The notes below the pieces were generated by a model, which was not told where the DNA came from, did not search any database, and saw only the letters and a program-made list of their open reading frames with translations. Source: Salinispira sp. (lineage in GTDB: Bacteria; Spirochaetota; Spirochaetia; DSM-27196; Salinispiraceae). From it: a DNA stretch of 64,000 nt. How positions within the stretch are numbered: position 1 is the stretch's first letter; each line of letters opens with the position of its first letter. The stretch covers positions 928,001-992,000 of the forward strand of contig OZ271918.1 of the NCBI GenBank assembly GCA_965602015.1, written 5' to 3'. The position numbers and the translations under genes are program-made. This document shows positions 37,907-45,759 of the stretch, piece after piece.

Positions 37907-39943
37907 TTATCCAATGCTCCAATAGAGCGTTGAGGTGGATATTGTGATCACTGTTATTACGAGGGTGTTCAGGAAGGCGCCGACGTACACGTTATTAGTA
38001 GCTTCAAACGCCTTTTTCGTAATAATTGTCGCAATTCCGAGATTCACCGTTAAACCAATGAGTACGATACTGTTCAGAGATTGCGTCGGCATAGCCGCCC
38101 TGCCGGTGAGCAGCAGTATACCGTATTGAAGGAGCAGCCAAAGAACCAATCCTCCGATATTAGTAGCCAAAGCAAACAAGTATCCGCGTTTACCGCCGAG
38201 GTATGAGCTGTTCGTGGCTCCCTGCAGCGCGATCCCGTTCATCAGGAAGTATCCGAAAATAAACGGCATGTACACGAGTGAAATTACGAGATGCGGAACA
38301 TTGAACGCTCGGACGGCAACCAGCCACAACCGGAAATCGACGTTGAACATCCAGTGGATCGCCTGCACCATCGCGAAGGCGCTCGCCGCAGCGATGAGAG
38401 CGACCGCGAATCCCGCGGCGATCGATTTGGCGGGAATGATGAAACCGTAGGATTTGGGGGACAGGCCTGACTTTTGTCCGCTGACGGCGAAAACAAGCGA
38501 TACAAGAATGACGGTTATCGCTCCCACCGATGCCGCCCAGAGAGCGACGTTGTTCGTGACCGGCGAGCTGAAGGTCGGATTCAGCTGAAGGATATTCGCG
38601 GATGCGGCTGACAGCCCTGCCAGGATGAAGGCTCCGATGCCCGCGACCATATACGGCAATGCTTCGCTACTCTTTTTCCGAAAAAACTTAACTATCGACA
38701 TAACAATGCTGGCGAAGAAAATTAGCAACCCGATAACCCGTATTACCGCCAGACCGTCCGCGGCCCTATCCATATAGGTGGTATAGAGAAATGCGGGAAT
38801 CAATCCGGCCGCAGCCAATGATAGCCAGAAGATGATTTTCGAACGGGTATCCGTGGGTCCTGAGATTTCAGGGACCGACTCTGTAATGGCATGTTTGAGA
38901 ATAGGCGCTTTCCCGAGTAAAGCGACGATGGGAATAAGAAGAAGGTAGAACCCTACCAATCCCAGGACGGAGGTTACTTCTTTTATCCACCATATCTGCC
39001 CGAACCGTGGAGTAAGGCTCGATGAATGATCCCTGAACGCGGTCTCATAAAACTCTACCATATCCCTCGTCGAACCGAGACTGAAATGGGTCCAGGGATG
39101 AGTTTCGAAGGGTTGATAGATAATCCGTTTGCCCCCCTGCGCCGTATCGACGAACTCTCCCACTTCGGATGTGGCGGGATTCCCGAGAAAAGTCTGACCT
39201 TCCGGAGTAGAAATGAAATCCTTCTTTATTACCGATGCGCCGACGGCAGTCGAGTCGAAGAAGAACTCATCGAACTGCGCAGCGATCATTCCCATAGTTC
39301 TGTCGCCGTATAGTCCGTTTGCGACGTCTGGAGTAATGCCGAGGAAAGCGGGGAAGAAAAAATCGGCTCCGACCGATAGACCGGCGATCACTTTTCGAAC
39401 AGCCGGACTCCCTTCGGCGAGGGCAGTCTGATAATCCTGCTCATCAAAAACGACCGCCATTGTGGATGAAAAACCGCCCATGGAATGACCGCTTACTGCG
39501 ATTATCCCGTTGCCGTCTTCATCCTTCAGGACATAAGGCATATCGTAGATGTATTGAACGCCATCATAGATGGTATGGGTCCAAAAGGAAAAAAACTCGC
39601 CGCCCGGGGGAATTTCATTCAGGAAGGAGTTGCCGTGGGAATAATGGTCGAGGGCAAGTACGACGACCCCCCGTCTAGAAAGCTCTATTGCCGGTGCGGC
39701 CTGCATCTCCCGGGCATTCAAATATCCTGTCGTTGTTACGAGCGCGGGGCGGGGATCTTCAGCAGATGCACCTCGCGGGAGGTAAAGCAGACCGGCCAGC
39801 CGTCCCCGCTCGGTATCGAATTCGACCCTGGTGACCTCAACTGATCCGAGAGATGTGTTGAAGAGAAACGCGAATACCCCTCCTAACAACATGAGAACCA
39901 CTGCGATGGCAACCAGTGCCTTCGGTGAATACTTCGTCTGCAT
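37907..39943 (-). CDS. Alpha/beta-hydrolase fused to a multi-pass membrane domain
   Basis: N-terminal TM, nucleophile elbow GHSMGG, FDEFF and ETHPW (candidate Asp/His), about 10 C-terminal TM segments; AAGGAG RBS. Confidence 0.85.
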   Translation of the reverse strand: MQTKYSPKALVAIAVVLMLLGGVFAFLFNTSLGSVEVTRVEFDTERGRLAGLLYLPRGASAEDPRPALVTTTGYLNAREMQAAPAIELSRRGVVVLALDHYSHGNSFLNEIPPGGEFFSFWTHTIYDGVQYIYDMPYVLKDEDGNGIIAVSGHSMGGFSSTMAVVFDEQDYQTALAEGSPAVRKVIAGLSVGADFFFPAFLGITPDVANGLYGDRTMGMIAAQFDEFFFDSTAVGASVIKKDFISTPEGQTFLGNPATSEVGEFVDTAQGGKRIIYQPFETHPWTHFSLGSTRDMVEFYETAFRDHSSSLTPRFGQIWWIKEVTSVLGLVGFYLLLIPIVALLGKAPILKHAITESVPEISGPTDTRSKIIFWLSLAAAGLIPAFLYTTYMDRAADGLAVIRVIGLLIFFASIVMSIVKFFRKKSSEALPYMVAGIGAFILAGLSAASANILQLNPTFSSPVTNNVALWAASVGAITVILVSLVFAVSGQKSGLSPKSYGFIIPAKSIAAGFAVALIAAASAFAMVQAIHWMFNVDFRLWLVAVRAFNVPHLVISLVYMPFIFGYFLMNGIALQGATNSSYLGGKRGYLFALATNIGGLVLWLLLQYGILLLTGRAAMPTQSLNSIVLIGLTVNLGIATIITKKAFEATNNVYVGAFLNTLVITVITISTSTLYWSIG

Positions 39944-39991
39944 ACAATCTCCTTTACCGAATGCACATTCGGCTGGAAAATCTTATGATGG

Positions 39992-40012
39992 ATTGTGAAC
40001 CAGGTCAACAAT
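39992..40012. promoter_or_regulatory. Imperfect palindrome ATTGTGAAC-CAG-GTCAACAAT, possible MarR operator
   Basis: 7 of 9 positions pair; lies about 50 nt upstream of the hydrolase gene that precedes marR. Confidence 0.3.
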
Positions 40013-40247
40013 TATTTTGTTATCCATATGTCATGGCCCAGGCAATGATCAGACCGTCCTGGTTCCGCTTTCGAGAGATGGAACTCAAAACATGATCGAG
40101 CAGTGCCTTCGTTATCGGGGATTCGCGAATTTTTGCATCAGATTATCCTCGCCGCTGCTAATTTTTATCATCAGCGACGTATACTGGAGCTAGGAGAGAT
40201 CGCACGCAGAGCGGTCCGATAGCATAGAGAGTTTAAAGAATCTACAG

Positions 40248-40763
40248 TTGAAAAAATTCCCGATAAGAACCTGCTTTGATTCATGGCCCGAATATAACAG
40301 TCGTCTCACCGCGGTGGTCTCAAGCATGAACGGGGCTCAACTGGCTATCAAACCTTCACCGGATCGCTGGCCAATTTGGGCAACCGTCGGGCACCTCGCC
40401 TGCCAACGGGTGTTTTGGCTATGCGATTTCGCAGGGGAGCCCGGGAAGGATTCTACGCCGTTCCCGAACGCCGCATATTTCTGTCCCGGCGACGATGACC
40501 TGGACAACATTCTCGGGCCCGAAGAGCTTGCACAAGCGCTGACGTCGAGCTTTGCTATCATCGAGCATTGTCTGGATACCTGGACGGTTGACGAACTGGC
40601 CGTCACTATCCGAAGGGATTTTGCCGGGGAGATATGGGAACACACCCGCGGATCGGTGATCCAGAGGTTGTTCAGCCACGATGCTTACCACTGCGGAGAG
40701 TTGTCTCAAACGCTGGGAATCGCGGAGTTGCCGCAGATCGATCTCTGGGGGAGAGCTGAGTAA
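40248..40763 (+). CDS. DinB-family protein
   Basis: WPIWATVGHLA and RLFSHDAYHCGE (three-His DinB pattern). Start codon uncertain (TTG). Confidence 0.85.
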   Translation: MKKFPIRTCFDSWPEYNSRLTAVVSSMNGAQLAIKPSPDRWPIWATVGHLACQRVFWLCDFAGEPGKDSTPFPNAAYFCPGDDDLDNILGPEELAQALTSSFAIIEHCLDTWTVDELAVTIRRDFAGEIWEHTRGSVIQRLFSHDAYHCGELSQTLGIAELPQIDLWGRAE

Positions 40764-40809
40764 TCAAGGCGCTGTCCCCGCCATACCCGCTGAGGAGACC
40801 TGAATAAAC

Positions 40810-41244
40810 ATGCCGAATTACAGCGTGAAAGCCCTCGATATATCGACATGGGATGCATTCGCCGCTCTCGTGTTCGATGGCGAACGGTGCGTTGGCTGGT
40901 GCCAGTTTGGCTCACCGCACGAATTGCCGAGAATCAAAAATCGGAAGCAGTATGAGAAGGATCTGGTCGATCCCCCGGATTGGCGGATCGCTTGCTGTCA
41001 CGTAGGCAAGGGGCACCGGAGAAAAGGAGTTTTTACCGCTGCGCTTGAAGGAGCGATCGAGCTCATAGCTAATCTCGGCGGTGGAACCGTGGAGGCGTAT
41101 CCGGAACCTGCTGATGCTGTCCCCGCCGGATTCCTGTATCACGGCGCGCTGTCCACCTTCATAAAAGCTGGCTTCGTCCGTGATCGCAAGATCGGGAAAA
41201 ACCGATGGGTCGTAAAGAGGAATGTGCACTCCCGGGAGAGATGA
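40810..41244 (+). CDS. GNAT-family acetyltransferase, probably internally deleted
   Basis: VGWCQFG, WRIACCHV, HRRKGV, VEAYP, YHGALSTF. The N-terminal segment appears to lack the usual GCWC-containing region. Confidence 0.7.
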   Translation: MPNYSVKALDISTWDAFAALVFDGERCVGWCQFGSPHELPRIKNRKQYEKDLVDPPDWRIACCHVGKGHRRKGVFTAALEGAIELIANLGGGTVEAYPEPADAVPAGFLYHGALSTFIKAGFVRDRKIGKNRWVVKRNVHSRER

Positions 41245-41264
41245 CACGCAAAATGCCGGGGGGG

Positions 41265-41482
41265 CGGCTCATGTTTTGGATCTGGCCGGACTTCGGTGAA
41301 ACTGAACTCAAGCCGCTTAGGGCAAGTTCAAGGATGCTTGAATCTTCTATAACTCAATAGATGAAAGAAATATCACCTCTCTCAAAAGGTGGTTGGAAAA
41401 GTCGAGAGATATTCAATGGGATTATAAGATTATCTATAAGCGCAAAGGTAGCCTTGAGAGATTGACGCAGGATGGAAAATAA
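41265..41482 (+). pseudogene. Degraded second copy of the DUF1801 gene at 36587-36994
   Basis: Reads RLMFWIWPDFGETELKP-(frameshift)-GKFKDA*IFYNSIDE...WLEKSRDIQWDYKIIYKRKGSLERL, collinear with 36773-36994. TGA at 41339-41341; 5' half missing. Confidence 0.9.
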
Positions 41483-41715
41483 AATCCATAAAATGTTGCT
41501 ACCCCAGCACTGAAGGCGCTCCTCTGTACGGCCTGATGACACCCTGCCGTACCTGTGCGATGCTTATTATCAAAAGCGGAGTCGCAGTGCGTCCGCGAAA
41601 ATCGCTATCTTTCAGTTGAAGAATCCGAGGAGATATTCAAATCCGCTGGAGTCTTGCTATAGTTCGATCCTTTTTGATTTGTTCTGATACTTTATTTGGT
41701 GCTTGAAAAAAAACT

Positions 41716-42048
41716 TCAATTGCGGTTCAAAGCCCGTAATTTATCAAGCAGCGGAGATAGCGTCTGAGTTACGGTTTTCCAGACAAGTTCCATATCAACC
41801 TGATCATAGCCATGAATGAGTCTATCCCGCATTCCAGCCATTGCTTTCCAGGGAATCGAAGGATTTTCAGCCCGATATTCTGAAGGGATCCGCTTTGCCG
41901 CTTCACCAATGATTTCAAGGCATCTGACGACAGCAAATTGAGTTTTGGCGTCGGTAATGAAATCGCTATATTTCATCCCTTCAACAAATTCATTTGCGAG
42001 AGTGGCTGAGCGAATGATATCATTGACGGAATCAGAAAATTCTCTCAC
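41716..42048 (-). CDS. HepT-like (DUF86, HEPN) ribonuclease toxin
   Basis: AVVRCLEIIGEA, IPW, RDRLIHGY (RX4HXY). Confidence 0.92.
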   Translation of the reverse strand: MREFSDSVNDIIRSATLANEFVEGMKYSDFITDAKTQFAVVRCLEIIGEAAKRIPSEYRAENPSIPWKAMAGMRDRLIHGYDQVDMELVWKTVTQTLSPLLDKLRALNRN

Positions 42049-42341
42049 AGATATTCCACCTCTGAAAGGATTGTCTTTCCGATGGCCGGCCGCAAATTTG
42101 ATTTCAATACGAGATCGACTTTTGTATTCAATGCCTGAGAGAGTTCATCTTCAAGTGATATGAGATCGAAAAGGTCAATCCGAGCAGGACGGGAAATGTC
42201 AATGAGAATATCAACATCGCTTTCAGGCCGGGCCTCACCCCGAATATATGAACCGAAAATGCCAATTTCGGTTATGCCTTGTGCTGATAGCTGAGAACGC
42301 TTTTGATTTATTACCTGTTTGACGTGATCCACTGAAGTCAT
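42045..42341 (-). CDS. MntA-like minimal nucleotidyltransferase antitoxin
   Basis: FGSYIRGEARPESDVD (GSX10DXD) and KVDLV; stop overlaps the HEPN start. Confidence 0.92.
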   Translation of the reverse strand: MTSVDHVKQVINQKRSQLSAQGITEIGIFGSYIRGEARPESDVDILIDISRPARIDLFDLISLEDELSQALNTKVDLVLKSNLRPAIGKTILSEVEYL

Positions 42342-42512
42342 GCGATAAGTATACACAGAAAATTTATATTGCGGAATTCAGGTAATCGTGGAAAATTGTG
42401 CATCGTGATTCTGGATAGCAGAATATTTCTTTGAGGCTTTGGGGATACTTCAAGCCCCGGTGGATAAACTATGCCTTTAATAGTGATGTTAATAATTATT
42501 GGATAATGAAAT

Positions 42513-42785
42513 ACGCGTCCAGCACGACTCGCCCTCCAGTCGTCGGCATCCTGCCTCCTTCCTTCGGGCGCCTCCGTCACTAATCCGCCATCCCTGGCGG
42601 ATTGCGCTCCAAGTATTCGCGCCGTTCCTGCGTTTCGAGTCGTACTTCATTGGAGGTCCATAAAAAAAGCCGATCCAATCGGATCGACTTCTTTTTTGGA
42701 CGCGTCCAGCACGACTGACATCGCGTTCCTCGCATCGGCCTTATGCCTCTGCGGTACGCGATTTTTTCGAACGTGCGACCCACTG
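42513..42785 (-). repeat. tRNA-3'-end-like direct repeats with structured spacers
   Basis: Exact 17-bp repeat ACGCGTCCAGCACGACT at 42513-42529 and 42700-42716, sharing CGCGTCCA with the tRNA-Arg 3' end (42836-42843). tRNA-like fragment at 42766-42785. Confidence 0.85.
42662..42697. terminator. Bidirectional terminator-like hairpin between the repeats
   Basis: A7-GCCGATCC-AATC-GGATCGAC-TTCTTTTTT. Confidence 0.7.
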
Positions 42786-42803
42786 GGTCATGCGCGTTGT
42801 CAC

Positions 42804-42830
42804 AAAAAAACCGACCAACCTGGTCGGTTT
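42804..42830 (-). terminator. Terminator of the tRNA-Pro/tRNA-Arg transcript
   Basis: AAACCGACCA-ACC-TGGTCGGTTT with a T7 tract on the minus strand, just 3' of tRNA-Arg. Confidence 0.8.
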
Positions 42831-42835
42831 GCATT

Positions 42836-42909
42836 CGCGTCCAAGAGGATTCGAACCTCTGACCTACGGCTTAGAAGGCCGTTGCTCTATCCAGCTGAGC
42901 TATGGACGC
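42836..42909 (-). tRNA. tRNA-Arg(TCT)
   Basis: GCGTCCATAGCTCAGCTGGATAGAGCAACGGCCT-TCT-AAGCCGTAGGTCAGAGGTTCGAATCCTCTTGGACGCG folds as a cloverleaf; CCA not encoded. Confidence 0.97.
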
Positions 42910-42971
42910 CTGATGGTGTAGTTCAGTTCTCGCAAAAGCAAGGCTAAATGCTGCCCGGAATCGCAAAAACA

Positions 42972-43044
42972 TCGGGGTGACTGGACTCGAACCAGCGATC
43001 TTCTGCTCCCAAAGCAGACGCCTTAGCCACTAGGCTACACCCCG
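42972..43044 (-). tRNA. tRNA-Pro(TGG)
   Basis: CGGGGTGTAGCCTAGTGGCTAAGGCGTCTGCTT-TGG-GAGCAGAAGATCGCTGGTTCGAGTCCAGTCACCCCGA folds as a cloverleaf; CCA not encoded. Confidence 0.97.
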
Positions 43045-43096
43045 TTATTGACAGGTGTGCGCTGACCGCGCGTATCCGTCATTTTCACGAATGCTC

Positions 43097-43125
43097 AATA
43101 TATCAGAGGGGCATGGGCCGGTCAA
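43097..43125 (-). promoter_or_regulatory. Sigma70-type promoter of the tRNA pair
   Basis: Minus strand TTGACC-N17-TATATT about 50 nt upstream of tRNA-Pro. Confidence 0.65.
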
Positions 43126-43328
43126 TATTGTCTGTTTATACTACCGGACGGCTGGAGGCTTCAATTATGATGTGCCCCCAAAACAGCTGATTTGCATGCC
43201 GTAAGGCATAATGCCAAGTTTAATTAGCGCTTCTGGTCTCTTCGTCGGATATAAAAAAACCGCTAAGTGTTTTCCGGTAAGTAGATTAGCCGATTTGAAT
43301 CAGCTGTTTTGGGGGCACTGCCCCCTGA

Positions 43329-44024
43329 TCACCTGTGTTGGAGCCAAATCCCGCTGAATTCCGGAACAATGAGCTGACCCCGGGCTCGCACGGTCTCCGC
43401 CATGGGTTGGCCGAAGAAGAAACCCATAATGCGCTCGGCCTCCGGGAGACTGTCGAAGCGGTACGGCGTCGGGACCACATGGCGCTGAAAGCCATGCGTT
43501 TCCTCAAGCAGCCGGTAAAACTCACTGAGCACTTCGCCGGGAGCTGCGGGCTCATCGGTATTGGTGCCCAGTGATTCGATAAACAACAGTGTGCCGCCGG
43601 GCCGCACCAGGCGCCGGCTGCTTGTCACCAGTTGATCCACCGCGCGGGGCAGCTCGGCGTGATGGTCAAATGCCGTATGCCCGAATGCCCATCCTTCGAT
43701 GACTATGTCCGCCGGTTCTTGTAATGTATCCGCATGCCAGTGATCAAAGACTTCATAGCTGACCTTGTCGACGAATTCCGCAAGCCTCCGCTTTGCCGCC
43801 CCCATCATGTGCGGTGACCGGTCATAGCAGCGCACGGATTTAGCTTTTTCGGCAAAAAGCCGGGTAAGGCGGCCTGTTCCGCTTCCGAATTCAATTACTT
43901 CACAATTGGAGAAGTCTGCCAGTTCGTGGAGTGTTGTCTTCAGATTTCCCTGATAATCCTCATGAGCGACCAGTTCGTCGTACTCCTTGGCATGGTTATC
44001 GTAAATCTGATACATGGTCGGCAC
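43329..44024 (-). CDS. Class I SAM-dependent methyltransferase
   Basis: VIEFGSGTGRLT motif I; LVRPGGTLLFIE. Confidence 0.88.
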   Translation of the reverse strand: MPTMYQIYDNHAKEYDELVAHEDYQGNLKTTLHELADFSNCEVIEFGSGTGRLTRLFAEKAKSVRCYDRSPHMMGAAKRRLAEFVDKVSYEVFDHWHADTLQEPADIVIEGWAFGHTAFDHHAELPRAVDQLVTSSRRLVRPGGTLLFIESLGTNTDEPAAPGEVLSEFYRLLEETHGFQRHVVPTPYRFDSLPEAERIMGFFFGQPMAETVRARGQLIVPEFSGIWLQHR

Positions 44025-44048
44025 TGGTTACTCCTGTGTGTTTCCGAT

Positions 44049-44966
44049 TTATTGAAGGGGCCGAAAATCCCCCAGGGCTTCTTTTTTCTTTGCCTGGGCT
44101 ACCCGGGGATCCTCCGGTTCCTTCCCCTCATAGATTCCGTCCTTGGTGTTTTTTTCGATCTGTTTTTCGATGTTTCCGATAATCTCCCTGAAGGCGACGG
44201 CTGCCGGTCGTTCGGGGAACTGTGCCAAAAACGGCCTTCCCTGGTCGCCGGAGACCACAATGCCCGGATCGATGGGCACCGAACCGAGAAAAGGCACTCC
44301 CACAGTTTCCGAAGCCATCTGTCCTCCGCCCTTGCCGAATATGTCGGTGACGCCCCCGCAGTGACTGCATACGTATCCGCTCATGTTTTCCACGATGCCG
44401 AGGATGGGGAGTTCGAGTTTATTCGCGAATGTCATGCTCTTGCGGCTGTCCAGTATTGATACATCCTGCGGACTGGTCACAATAATCGCTCCCTTCATCT
44501 GGGGGATAAGCTGGGCAGTGGTGAGGGCTTCATCGCCGGTGCCCGGTGGGGTATCAATTATAAGATAGTCGAGTTCACCCCAGACCACGTCTCCGAGAAA
44601 CTGCCGCACCAATCCGATTTTCATGGGGCCCCGCCATATCAGAGCCTCGGCTGGATCATATCCCACCAGGGCGATGGACGCCGCATGAAAGTTGGGGAGG
44701 ATTTCAACCGGTTCGATGGATTCATGCTCCCCGGTGAAGTGCTTGTCCTCGATTCCCAGCATTTTGGGAACATTGGGGCCGTGAACATCCACATCCATTA
44801 TCCCCACGGAATTTCCCGCCATCGCCAGGGAGTGGGCCAGATTCACCGAGACGGTGCTCTTTCCCACGCCGCCTTTTCCGCTCAAAACCATGATTACGTT
44901 TTTAATATGCTTAAGATTGTCGTAGATGCGGACGTCCTGTGCGTCCTTGTCGTTTGTGCCGTGCAT
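44049..44966 (-). CDS. mrp: Mrp/NBP35 (ApbC) Fe-S cluster carrier ATPase
   Basis: SGKGGVGKST, DVDVHGP, WRGP, DTPPGTGD, ENMS-CSHC. Confidence 0.95.
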   Translation of the reverse strand: MHGTNDKDAQDVRIYDNLKHIKNVIMVLSGKGGVGKSTVSVNLAHSLAMAGNSVGIMDVDVHGPNVPKMLGIEDKHFTGEHESIEPVEILPNFHAASIALVGYDPAEALIWRGPMKIGLVRQFLGDVVWGELDYLIIDTPPGTGDEALTTAQLIPQMKGAIIVTSPQDVSILDSRKSMTFANKLELPILGIVENMSGYVCSHCGGVTDIFGKGGGQMASETVGVPFLGSVPIDPGIVVSGDQGRPFLAQFPERPAAVAFREIIGNIEKQIEKNTKDGIYEGKEPEDPRVAQAKKKEALGDFRPLQ

Positions 44967-45060
44967 CGCCTGTCCTCTGTATTTTTGATTGAGTTATTGT
45001 TATGGTGGTCACAATAATGTATTTCATCACTGTATTGATATTTAACGGGGGATTCAAGAT

Positions 45061-45759
45061 ATGAGCGCCCCGTCCCCGGAAAACCAAAAATTGCGGACCA
45101 AGGCGATTGCCATTCACGAAAACCTGAAGACCCGCTACGACGAGCGAATTAATCTTCTCGAGCATCACAATGCCTGGCAGCTTTTAGTGGCAGTGGCGTT
45201 GTCTGCCCAGACAACCGACGAACAGGTTAACCGGGTCACCCTGGAGCTTTTTTCCCGATGGCGCGGGCCCGCCGACCTGGCGGAGGCCGATCTCTCTGAG
45301 ATAGAGGCAATGGTGCGAAGCACCGGCTATTACCGAAACAAAGCGAAAAACATCCGGGCTGCAGCGCGAACCGTCATGAGCGATTTCGGCGGTACCGTAC
45401 CGGAAACCATGGATGAACTGATTTCCATACCCGGAATCGGGAGAAAATCCGCCGGAGTAATCCTGCATCATATTTACGGCAAACCGGCGATAATCGTCGA
45501 TACCCACTTCGGCCGGGTGGTAAGCCGATTAGGCCTCCTGGGCTCTGATCCCGCGGATAAAAAGCCCGACCCCATGCGCACCGAACGGGCAATCGCCGAA
45601 ATCCTTCCCCGCGAACGGTGGAGCTCGTTTTCCATGATCGCGAACCTTCACGGCAGGCGGGTCTGCACCGCAAGAACTCCGAACTGCGCCTTATGCAGCA
45701 TACGAGCCCATTGCGCCTACTTCCCGCTGTATGGCTCGGGGAAGGAGTCCGTCCAATGA
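45061..45759 (+). CDS. nth: Endonuclease III
   Basis: LSAQTTD, HhH IPGIGRKSA, VDTH, CX6CX2CX5C. Confidence 0.94.
   Translation: MSAPSPENQKLRTKAIAIHENLKTRYDERINLLEHHNAWQLLVAVALSAQTTDEQVNRVTLELFSRWRGPADLAEADLSEIEAMVRSTGYYRNKAKNIRAAARTVMSDFGGTVPETMDELISIPGIGRKSAGVILHHIYGKPAIIVDTHFGRVVSRLGLLGSDPADKKPDPMRTERAIAEILPRERWSSFSMIANLHGRRVCTARTPNCALCSIRAHCAYFPLYGSGKESVQ

Noticed and set aside
40020..40245. Possible gene remnant between the hydrolase and dinB
   Set aside because: Short frames with stops; I could not recognise a family. A tBLASTx search would be needed.
41520..41600. Hammerhead ribozyme or fluoride riboswitch around CTGATGAC
   Set aside because: No stem II closed by GAAA directly after CTGATGA, and no GGCGATGG-type 5' element.
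35057..42512. Intact integrative element or prophage
   Set aside because: No integrase, transposase or phage gene, and no further tRNA-end copy seen at the left border. At most a decayed islet.
42513..42843. CRISPR array or integron attC cassettes
   Set aside because: Only two exact 17-bp repeats, unit lengths of 187 and 136 bp, clear tRNA derivation, no cas or intI gene, and no RYYYAAC/GTTRRRY ends seen.
42338..42947. ORFs 42338-42580, 42580-42834 and 42696-42947
   Set aside because: They overlap the structured repeats and tRNA-Arg, and have no RBS or protein-like motifs.
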